Source: Nemertoderma westbladi
Taxonomy: Eukaryota > Animalia > Xenacoelomorpha
Direction of reading: 5' to 3'
Length of the DNA: 45,362 bases
NCBI GenBank assembly: GCA_032718475.1
Contig: JAUCBJ010000079.1
Coordinates: 1 to 45,362, forward strand
Shown here: in pieces, positions 23,437 through 33,688 of the stretch
Layout: every line of letters begins with the position of its first letter
Numbering within the stretch: position 1 is the stretch's first letter
Translations under genes and position numbers: made by a program
The notes under the pieces: generated by a model
Seen by the model: only the letters and a program-made list of their open reading frames with translations
Database searches by the model: none
Told to the model about the DNA's origin: nothing

Positions 23437-25845
23437 CAGTCCCGCTCACCAACAGAGTGCCATCGGATCCGATCGGATCCAACACACTCCGACAGCTTCA
23501 AACAAGCACAATGCTAACCTACGGAGATTTAGTACTGTTTGATTCTGTTGGAGAAAATATTTCCAACAGGTTTAGTCTGTTGGAGCCCATCTGAATCTGT
23601 CTGAAATCCGTCTGAAAGTGTTTGAAATTTCTGTTGGATGTTGTTGGAAGCTATCTGAAGTTGTCTGAAGCTGTTTGAAATTGTCTGAAACTGTTGGAAG
23701 TTGTCTGAAGATGTTTGACGCCATCGGAATTTGTTGGAATTTGCCAATGCCCTACAAAAGCGTAGTTCATTAACAAAATGTCAATCACTTTAACTCTCAA
23801 TTTGAAGTGATTGTGAGGGTGTGCTATTGTCAATTATAAACCGAAACAAAGATTTGTTTCATTTAACAATTTTTATTTACATAATTATGTCGTTAATTAT
23901 ATCAATTAATTAACTAGAATGCATAAACGAATAATAAATTCCTATAATATAAATTCCGATAAATGAATATAATAACACCAACACGTTTTTAATTCCTTAA
24001 TTTAATTAGAAATGTAAATAATGCTATAAATATATTAGTTTCTTTGACGTAGGGCACTAAATACTGCACATAAACAGATATAAACACAAACAGATTAAGC
24101 AAACAGTAAATATAATTACAATGAGTGAAAAAAATATTTTTGGTTAATTTTATTAGTTGTGTTGAAAGAGCATCGAAATGAAAAGGTTTGCTCGTAATAC
24201 TTCTAGCCCAACTATTTTTTCGCGCACCTACCCTATTTGAGTAAATTACATTCACACACTCAAAAGTTATTGCAACTTTAGTCTCTGCAAGGCGAACTTC
24301 GAAACGGAACTCCATATCCAATATTGGTTTATAGTTAAGCGGTTCCCTAGTTACGAAATAAATATTCGAGAACAATAAATTATTTAACATTGAGTAAGGC
24401 AGCATTTAGGCAGAATTTAGGAACAAACAAGTACCTATTTAAGAATAAAATTACGTATACATGGGAAAACTTATTTAGAATATTATCACTACCCTTTAGT
24501 AATGATGGGTGGAAAGTCCCCCCTAGCCCTTCACAAGGGAGGGTGGACGTAGGGACGGGGCCCAACGCCAACATATCGTGATAGTTTGTCACATTGGAAG
24601 GGGAGGGGTTGATGAAACGTGGCTGTTAATGTTAAACGTGAATGAATTAATATCATAAAGTAGTATTGAGCATTACGCACAACCATAATAGATTAGATAG
24701 AGAATTGGGAATGTGAAGGCCCTTGTTTTCACGTGACTGCCATGCCATATTATGATGTAATGTATATCCGCCATGGGAGAAACGAAATTGCGACAACTAT
24801 GGAGAATCGGGAAGCCTGGAAGGATCTCATTTCCACTGTCCGAGTTCGCTCGACTTAGTAGTTAGTAGTATATCCGCCATTCACGTACTGTTGTTATGTA
24901 AAAGGTAGACCTAATCACACCAGATACTAATTAAAATAATGTCTTAATAACTAATTATATTCATTCATACAATAAGCAATGTAGCCAATTAAGGCTGTGA
25001 TTGACAAATTAACCGCACAATTAATTAATTGACAAAACAAAAATCAAACTAGTAGAGATCATATCCAAACCTGTATAAATATAAATAAACGCAACGATAT
25101 AACTAACACATGTACGTACACTATATTAACTGTAGAGGGGGATACTGTCCCTCCTGCGAAAAGCAAAATATATTTATCAGTATTTTAATTAATGTAACTT
25201 AAAGAAATTGAGCCTTATTCGAAGAAATTCTACATGGGCATTTTGGACCTATACCGCCACTCCTTGGCTCTTTGGAAGTGTATTTCCGTAAAGCTCTATT
25301 GTATGGCTCTAGACCAACCCAAAGCAACATTAGTATGTGAACACAGAATTCCATTCCCCATTCATTTCAATGGTAGCCAACTTGTCTTTCTTGTATTGGG
25401 GGTAGACCACTGGTTAGCTTTCTGCTATTGTGTTATTCAAAGATAGCGGCAGGAATAAAGAGAAATACCGACCTCACTAATGTGCTGTTCCTTCAGGTCA
25501 GCTTGAGTTACAGTGTGAATGTTCAAGGGCGCCGCCAGTGGCCAGTCCACTCTGTCGTTATTGTGGCTTTATGAATGGAGTTCCTTTAGTAGTTTCAAAA
25601 GCTTTCATTCTATCTGCGCGCAAGAAGATGGGAGTTGAGTTGGGGTTGCGGTTGAGTGTGGGTGGAGTGATTGACAGGTTGTTGGAAGTTGTCTGATTCT
25701 GTTTGAAACTGTCTGAATCTGTTTGAAACTGTCTGAATCTGTTTGAAGTTGTTGGACTGTTGGAGTTTGTCTGAAAGTGTTTGAAGCTGTTGGATCCGAT
25801 CGGTTCAGATCGGATCCGATGGCACTCTGTTGGTGAGCTGGACTG
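23437..25845. mobile_element. Non-autonomous Tc1/mariner-like element (TA|CAGTCC.GCTCACCAACAGAGTGCCATCGGATCCGATC ... |TA) nested in the EnSpm-like element
   Basis: ~38-bp inverted termini with one mismatch, TA on both sides, and internal 10-bp TGT[C/T]TGAA repeats near both ends. Confidence 0.8.
24775..24867 (+). mobile_element. ~93-bp 5'-truncated RTE-like LINE tail
   Basis: 13-bp TSD GTATATCCGCCAT (24762-24774 and 24868-24880). Encodes ...MENREAWKDLISTVRVRST* followed by a (TAG)n tail. Confidence 0.8.
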
Positions 25846-27377
25846 TATGTCACGAAAAATTGTAATAAAATTATTAGAATATATTAGGCTTATTGAACCA
25901 AGAAAATAACAAACAAAGAAAACCGCAAAAGTTTGTCTATTTTGATACCAACTGACCAAATACCATTACATTTTGTTGAGATAAATCGGATATATGGGCG
26001 TTGGAATGTTCAAACCTCTATCATGCATAGGGTAATTTTTTTAATCGCAAAACATTATTTTTTATTTTACAAATTTATCATATTATATAAACCTTTCTTA
26101 CTTTTCAATTGCTTTTTGTATGTATTATTGCCTTATTGCATAGATACAAAATTTCAAATATCAATTATAAGGTCATAAAATTAATTAATTTTTTTAAGAT
26201 TCATCAATATGAAAAATCTATTTTGGCTGGAAATAAGATAAAATACAGAAATCTAACTAATCCAATGCGAATTTGTGGATCATCACCATAATATATCATG
26301 GATACTCTTATATCACTATCGATTAAATAATTTCATATATACTCTGATGCTTCCCTCTCTAAATGTATAGGGTATTGTAGGTGTAGGGCCGTAGGATAGG
26401 GTGTAGGGATTGGATAAGGCAGGCTACCACCCCCCCCCCCCTCCCCTCTCTACACAGAACATGCACCAACAAACAGTGATTGGTTGGTCTCACGTTAAAT
26501 TTTTACGTTTATTCAACCTAATATGGACCTATAACACACCAGAAATGAACGTCTAGTGAACACGTCATTTGAACATAGATTGCCTGTAGTCTCTTTTACG
26601 TTCAATTGCCCGTTCATATTACGGTACTTCTGACGGCCAACTTTGAACTATTGAACGTTTAGCATCAATAGCATCTTATGGGAGAAATACAACGTCATAT
26701 GAACATAAATCCAGAACGTCTGGACGAATAATGAACGTAAATTTACCGTAAATTTACGTATTTGTGCTACCTGGGTTCAGACCTAATAACAGCCAGACAA
26801 CTATCCAGCCTACAAATTATCTAAATAAATATTATACGCTACCCGTACAGACTTACACAAACAAAGTACAGACTAAACGATGGCAGACTACTCTCAAGCC
26901 TAAATAAACTACAGGACATGCAGACTCCGAAATGATTAGGGAGTATGCGCTCTAACCCAGTAGTGCGACTTATTCTTTAGTTGGGGGTTTACCTTACAGC
27001 GTTCGCTGCCCCTACTTCCTAACCGTACTTAATCGGACAGGTGATCTACACACACTGCAATCCGTTCAGACTTAACAGCAATCAGACAACAGCTCAGCCT
27101 ACAAATCGTCTGCACAATCTGATCAGGTTTACACGCCTTCTGTTCAATACTGGCCTACAAACAAATAAAACTGACAGAAATAGGCCTAAGTAAAATCCCA
27201 ATAAAAACCAGGCGTCCCCGATTAATTATTAAGACCTACCGGCATATATAATCAAATCGAATAATACTGCTGTACCTGTACTGTTGTAGGTACCGGTCCG
27301 GATGATCAGGCAGTCAGGCCTACTGGTTACCGGTCGACCGGTACTTTCGACTTTATTGCTTACTGCAATAAAGAAGC

Positions 27378-27389
27378 TATATCCGTTAT
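27378..27389 (-). promoter_or_regulatory. Primer-binding-site position of element B: ATAACGGATATA, complementary to its own LTR (putative self-priming site)
   Basis: Abuts the 5' LTR end, lacks the TGG of a tRNA PBS, and forms a perfect 12-bp inverted repeat with 28176-28187. Confidence 0.65.
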
Positions 27390-28628
27390 TGTTCGCGCTT
27401 TCAGACCTTTGGCAGTTTAACCCGCCAAATTAGGATGTCTTCTAGATAATAAATCACCTTTAGTCTATGACAAGTATTTAATTCACTACACTAGTCGAAA
27501 CCAATCTGTGCGCGATCATTCACCCGTTGGATATACCCGGGAGATTGATTTCGACGGCTTAATTTTATTGCTATGTAAGCCTAATGTATTATTCGACTGA
27601 CAGTATTATATAATCTCTGACAATATTATTCACCTTCGGGGAATATTAACAGTTCCTTTAGGACGTGGCGCTTCTTCTATACAAACAGAGTTATGACTTA
27701 AACTACTCACAACGATATGGCTTAGTTATAATTCACATATATGGCGCATTCTTTAGGAAATGCTTCGTTATCAGTCTCACTCATACACAATGCTGCACAA
27801 TACTGCATACTGATCTGCCGATCTTCACTGATTTTAGTCACGTATAAAAGGAACACGGACCGAATCATGTAGGGTCTATCAAATAACATTAGATTCACTT
27901 CAAACCACTCAACATAGGTCGCAATCATTTATCTGTAACCTTTCTCTCTTACCTTCGGTATATCAAGAATATTGGGTTTTCGGGGTTATTTGTCGTTATT
28001 CCAAATATAATAATTCATCCACCATATTATGAAGAACCGACAGTAAATAGCAGTATAACAATATAAAAGTATGCACAGTGTTACACAGTATGCAGTGTAT
28101 GCAGTACTGCAGTATGCAGTATGCAGACATCAGACATCAAACATCAGACATCAGACATCAGAGTGCAATATGCAGATAACGGATATATGTCCTTATAATT
28201 AAGCCTACTAGTGTAGGACTAAAAACTGAAAACACGGAGGTGCCAAAAGCCGGTTCTTAGGCTCTGGGCAAAACATAACACTGAACTACTGAGTTTCTGT
28301 ATACACCTCCAACACAGAGACAACAAACGCTCTGATTGGTCAACCTGAACAACGAGAGAACAAAGAAACAAAGAAACGTCGACGTGGCAATATCAGCTGC
28401 TAGCCGTCGTCATGGTAGCGACACTGTTTTCAAGAGTATCGAGCTTTTACGTCACGGAATTACGGATTATGTCCTCTAAAGTACAAATACAGTACAAATA
28501 CATAAGAAATGACTTTTATGTCCTCTAAAACACCAGTACAGCAAGGACACGGCCTTTTTATGCCTGGCAAACCAACTACAGAGTACTTTAAGGGAAAATA
28601 ACCGGCTAATTACGCAAAAGCTTTTACA
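27390..28628 (-). repeat. 5' LTR of element B (1239 bp)
   Basis: Direct repeat of 13532-14763. Confidence 0.97.
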
Positions 28629-28964
28629 ACAGTGGTGATTATCGCGTATCTCCCAACGGTGAATTCAAGTTGACATACCAAGACGACGGCAATCTCGTTC
28701 TCAGATGCGGAAGTACAGCCGTCTGGTCAACTAACACCGGAAACACGGATGCTTTCGTTCAGATGAAGGGAGACGACTGCAACTTCGTAATTTGGCCAAA
28801 TGGTATTGCGATATTTCCTGTTTGGGCAACTAATGCTTTTCGTCTTTTTGTCTCATGCCAGAATCCGAGAGCGGTTGTGCAAGTCGATGGCAATTTCGTT
28901 GTCTATAATGAAGACACAGACGTAGTTTGGGCAAGCAACACTGTCGATCGTGCATCCAATCTAT
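28629..28964 (+). pseudogene. 3' part of the B-type lectin exon
   Basis: SGDYRVSPNGEFKLTYQDDGNLVL...VWSTNT...MKGDDCNFVIW...VWATN...VQVDGNFVVY...VWASNT shows three QxDxNxVxY-like subdomains. Donor GTAAGT at 28965; the reconstructed exon is phase 1-1. Confidence 0.88.
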
Positions 28965-29157
28965 GTAAGTTAGTGTATTTCTACCGTACACATTATTACA
29001 GGAACACAACGTAACTAGGTAGTCTCTAGTTTTACTTATACATTATGTAAATACAATAACAACAACAAACAATGTATATAGGTATTGTAGGGCGAGCCAC
29101 GAAGTAATGAGAACCTTAGCGTAGGGGTACCATTAATCAACTTGTAGATCAGTATAG

Positions 29158-29882
29158 GTGAGGTTTGATCAAGAAACCGACACGGTTACAAAAAATAATT
29201 TTGTGTTTTTTTATTGATTCAAATACACATTTTTATGCTAAATCGAACACTGAAAACAGATTTCAAATCCGATAAAGTTTTGTCGAGATATTGAGTTTTG
29301 AAAATTAGTAGTCTAATGACCAAATATTAACAAAGTGTTGAGAAAAACGGCTTTCAAGTTATGAGAGTTTCAAACGTTCCCGCCAATTTTCTGTAATTGG
29401 GGGGATTTTCAAATGGAAACTTTTACGATATTTCAAAGCAGACTTGTAAAAAATTAGGTATATACGTCAGAATTCTGATACACATCAGTGAATGGACCTT
29501 AGGCGACAATTTTTTAATTGTTATTTCTATTGGAGGTCACTCTGTCTGTTTGTCTGAATACTTGTCTGTTTGTCTGTCAAAAATGTAACAAATAAATAAA
29601 TAAAGCACCAACACCTACATTTGTTTGCTATTGGGTTTTTATTTGACGATGATTTCAAATACGATGTCGGTTTTCACTATTTACCGATTCTAGACGATTG
29701 TTTGAATGTCAGTCAGTCTGTCTGTTTTTGGTATGTCTGTCTGTCTGTTAAAATTTAAGAAGCGCACAAACTACTCAAAATTTGTGTTATGGGGTTTTTC
29801 TGGGTGGTGATAACATTTAAAATGTCACTGGGTGGTAATTACAGTTAAAATTTACTTTTTCAGTTTGAAGAAATCTAGACGT

Positions 29883-29915
<33 letters not shown>

Positions 29916-30780
29916 AAAAATTGAGAACTAAATCAAATTAACAAACAAATTTATTTATGGGGTTTTCTTGGTCGGTGACTTCATTTCCGATATCTATTTT
30001 TACTTTTGATTGATTATTTAATGTTTGTACGTCTGTCTGTCTGTCGGTCTTTCTGTGTGCTTGTCTGTCAAAATTGAGAAATATCTCAAATTAACAAACA
30101 ATTATGGGGTTTTCTTGGTCGGTGATTTCATTTCACCCAAAAGCAAAACGTTTTGTTAGATTTCATGCTTCCATAATTTTTGACAGACAGACCGACACAC
30201 AGACAGACAGACAGAATGACTAACACGAATTCAGACAAGCAGGATCGCGTCAAACCCATAAATCGACATTGGAAATGGAATCGCCTTCCAAGAAAACCCC
30301 CAAAGCAAAACATTTTGTTAGATATCATGTTTCCCTAATTTTTGACAGACAAACCGACACACAGACAGACAGACAAACAGACTGATCGACAGTCTATGAT
30401 CCGTCAGCCGTGGAAAGTAACAATTGAAATTAAATCACTGAACAGGAAAACTCATAGCAAAAATTATCCTGTAGGACAAATACAATTATAGTATTTTGAA
30501 AAAGTAATAACTACGTACGTAGCTATCTTACAAATAATTGGCCACTTATTTATAATAATTTCAAAATGAGTGAGGTCTACAAAAAATCAAATAACTCCAA
30601 AACTAAAGTAGATATGAAAATTTCGTTTACAATTTCAGAATTAGCAAAAAATTCTGATCTAGAAAAAGTAAAAAAATAAAATTCGATATTTTAATACCAA
30701 ATGAACTATTTTGACTACAACCTCTAATTATGTGAAATAATATTTTGCAACGGTAGGTCGATTTCTTGATCAAACCTCAC
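29158..30780. mobile_element. Non-autonomous TIR element (GTGAGGTTTGATCAAGAAA[C/T]CGAC termini) with internal (GTCT)n/(GACA)n-containing ~120-bp subrepeats; Sola-like GAG termini possible
   Basis: 24-bp inverted termini (29158-29181 and 30757-30780, one mismatch). No TSD found. Confidence 0.75.
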
Positions 30781-32472
30781 AAGTATGTTTGATATGATGT
30801 AAAGATACTTGCGTTTGTAGACCAGAGTTATCAGTTAAAGTAGAGATTAAAGGAATTTTTCCCACTAGGCAAAGACCAAACGGTGTTCTAATCAAGGAGG
30901 GTTCTTCAGGACCTCCCACAATACTTGGGGTCTCACAAAGAGCTTCTTGGAAATTTCGTCCAATAAGCATTGATACATAGGGGTTATCAGTTGGTTGTCT
31001 ATTTAATTGTGGCACATATGGTTGCAGTTCAGGTATTGATCTTAAATCAACCTTCTTCAAATCATTTGCAAATTTATATTTGAAGTTATTAACAACTAAT
31101 ACATCCTTAGCAGTTATTTTAAATGCAGGATCGCTAATATTTTGATCTGAAACCGGAGTTATTATACAATTAATAGAGCCAACCTTCTGAAAGGTAGTTG
31201 AAAATACACCCTTTGCTTTAATATCTACTTCTAAATTTACAACAATATCCAACTGGTCAATAATACTTATATCAATCAACGTAGTTGTTAAACCAGTATC
31301 AAGTAGTGGATATGTTTCTACACATTTATTATCTATAGAAATGCAAACTGGTACGACTGAAAGCCAGACAGTAGAATTAGAATTACATTTGTTACTTTCA
31401 ATTGTTTGTGATTCATATTCGTTTTTTTTACTGACAGAAGAGAAATGCAAACTGATCGAACCAGAAGTCTTGAGATGGTCTATGGCCCAATGTAAAACTC
31501 TATTATGTGCTTCTGTACACCCATTTATCCTCCTGCACTTATAAGTTTTAATTGGACATTGATCAGTCTCATGACCTGAGCTCGTACAATTTAGACATAA
31601 CTGCTTATTTAATAGCCAATTTGATTGTTTTTTTACATCCAAGGTATTATAACTAGGACAATGATATAATGTATGTCCCTCTTGGCAATAAGAACAAGTG
31701 AATTTAGTCGTTTTTGTTCTGGCTGAACCCGAATCAGTTTTACTACTAACCGGAGCACATGTATTATTACGATTAGCACTAGTAATATTAGAATTGCTCG
31801 GATGTGGTTGAGAGGTTACATTTGCTTTGTCTCTCACCTTGTCATTCTGCATGCTATTTGGTTTATTTTGTCCACCAGATGGCTGATTTCTCTGATGTGT
31901 TGTAGAATTAGGAACACCAATATTTATCACAGATGGCGTCACTTTCGAAGTATGATTAAGGGCCACATCTTCAACTGCTGTATTCATAGTTGTTAAGCGA
32001 AGAGGATGCATTGGATTAGTTGAATGTTCGCCTGATTTAGATATAGGTTGAGTTTGACTTCCTGATTTCGATCTGGATTGTTGGCTGGAGGACTGTTGTT
32101 GTAGATTGCCTCCGGGTCTCTCATTGAATACAGCATCATTCATAATATCCGACTCATCTTTTATGAACACAGTCAGTTCGAATAATGTTGGCTCTCTACC
32201 AAACCTCTGACGAATTGATCGAGCTGTGCGTTTCCATTTATCATACATCCAAGCTTCAAAATTTACTGCAATTCTCTTTAAATTATCCAAAGAGTTAATT
32301 TCTGAAGCAGACTTAGAGTAACGTAGTACTAATACCTTTTGGGTTATTTTATCAGAATATGCTCTCAGTTTCTCTCTTTTAATTGTGTAGTTATTAGAGT
32401 GCAAATCAACCTTTTCAGTTAATTCATTTATTATTTGTTGGATTATCACATTGGGATGACCGTAACGATCAT
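30781..32472 (-). pseudogene. BEL/Pao element D: C-terminal gag and protease fragment
   Basis: RYGHPNVIIQ, CSYCQEGH..CLNCTSSGH..C....C...HNRVLH knuckles and PLLDTG protease. Cut by the TIR element on the left and by element C on the right. Confidence 0.88.
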
Positions 32473-33065
32473 TGTAGGATTTGTCAAGGTGATTTACTGT
32501 GCAATATTTATTATTTTTAGAACATTACCTATGTTTGCTACAAAAATTTCATTAAGTTAGATAATGCAGTATATAGCCGCTAAATCATGAAAGCGCATGA
32601 AATAATCTGTTTATTGCTGTGTTTTTATTGGTTGGAATTGGAACCTACTCATATGATTGGATGCTTTCCCGTGATAGGAGTGGGGCAATTTCTATAAAAG
32701 CCGATGTTCTTAGTCGTTTAATTCAGTGTGCTCTTGTTGGGTTTGCGAGACAGTAATCCCAGCAAAAGTTGTTTTACCGTTTTTTGGTCCGCCCAAATCA
32801 CGGTAGATAGTTTTAATCTGTAAGCTTAAATAAAGTACAGTAGTAAGCTATCTACCGTACCGTGTCAGTATATGTGTATACTACAATCACCGTCTGCAGA
32901 TAATTAAGGAGCAATATATATAGTTGCAATAAATACGGAGCATTCGGCGTTTTGTTAATTATTGTAGGGGGATCTTTAAACGCGTCAGAAGCATTTGTCG
33001 GATAACATAAGGACAAGCCCAATAAAAGAACACACTCCATATGTCGGTGTTCGCTATACCGCACA
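32473..33065 (+). repeat. Putative 5' LTR of element C
   Basis: TG start, TATAAAAG at 32693, Inr-like TCAGT at 32723, AATAAA at 33021 and a ...CCGCACA end. The 3' boundary is inferred because there is no second LTR. Confidence 0.6.
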
Positions 33066-33688
33066 GAAAGTAAAACAACTTTTTGGTTTTATTAAATTGG
33101 AAAACGAAGGTGTTTTTACTATTAGTTAAATTGTTGCACAATTTTACAAAAAACACATAAAATCGTATTTTTAACAAATATTTATTGTTGAATTTAATAT
33201 TAGTAATTTTAATATAAGTAACAGAAATTTATTGAAAATGGCCAGGTTGAACTTAGAATTAACTGAGCCATATTAGTCATACAGTTTAGTTATACAAATA
33301 TAAGCAATATATGGTACAGTAGAACAGGTGACAGGGTTGAACAAAGCTTTCAGCTCGGTTACAATTTATTGAACAATACGGCCAATATAGCGAGCTAGTG
33401 GATATCTTCCCACATTCAGCTAATATTAATTGAGATAAAACAAGCATTAATTTATTGTCATACGCATTACAAATTAATTTATTGTTACATAATATACAGT
33501 AGGATAAAAGTACATTAAATAAATAGTTGCACAATATTTCTCTATGTACATTGCACTGTACAGTGGCCTTGTTGAGCAAAGTCTTAGCTAAGCCATGTCA
33601 TTATCCATTGCGAGCCACAGTATATAGGCTACCAGTAACAGAGTATTTCACTACAGGCTAGCTCTGCAAAATAAATTAAATATAAAAA

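Larger units (their letters stand above)
22761..26775. mobile_element. Non-autonomous DNA transposon, EnSpm/CMC-like (13-bp TIR CCCAGGTAGCACA, 2-bp TSD TT)
   Basis: TIRs at 22761-22773 and 26763-26775. The empty site CAATCCGTTCAGAC survives in the duplicate unit at ~27058-27071 and shows the TT duplication. Subterminal GAACGT/ACGTTC repeats. Confidence 0.85.
22527..27110. repeat. ~300-bp tandem duplication in the leader of B (one copy split by the EnSpm-like insertion), with a 117-bp identical core
   Basis: 22612-22728 is identical to 26918-27034, while the flanking parts of the units differ at many positions. Confidence 0.9.
13532..28628 (-). mobile_element. Non-autonomous BEL/Pao LTR retrotransposon B (gag-protease only; RT, most of RNase H and integrase deleted)
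   Basis: Two near-identical LTRs with TG...CA ends, a perfect 5-bp TSD ACAGT (13527-13531 and 28629-28633), and PPT GGGAGCGG on the minus strand at 14764-14771. Confidence 0.95.

Noticed and set aside
23529-25959. Q/T/S/N-rich ORFs (23529-23833, 25558-25959)
   Set aside because: Translations of 10-bp subterminal repeats of the Tc1-like element; no transposase motifs.
32786-32803. TGGTCCGCCC... as a tRNA PBS for element C
   Set aside because: Not preceded by a CA LTR end and lies upstream of the AATAAA. I cannot match it to a tRNA by eye, though a tRNA scan should confirm.
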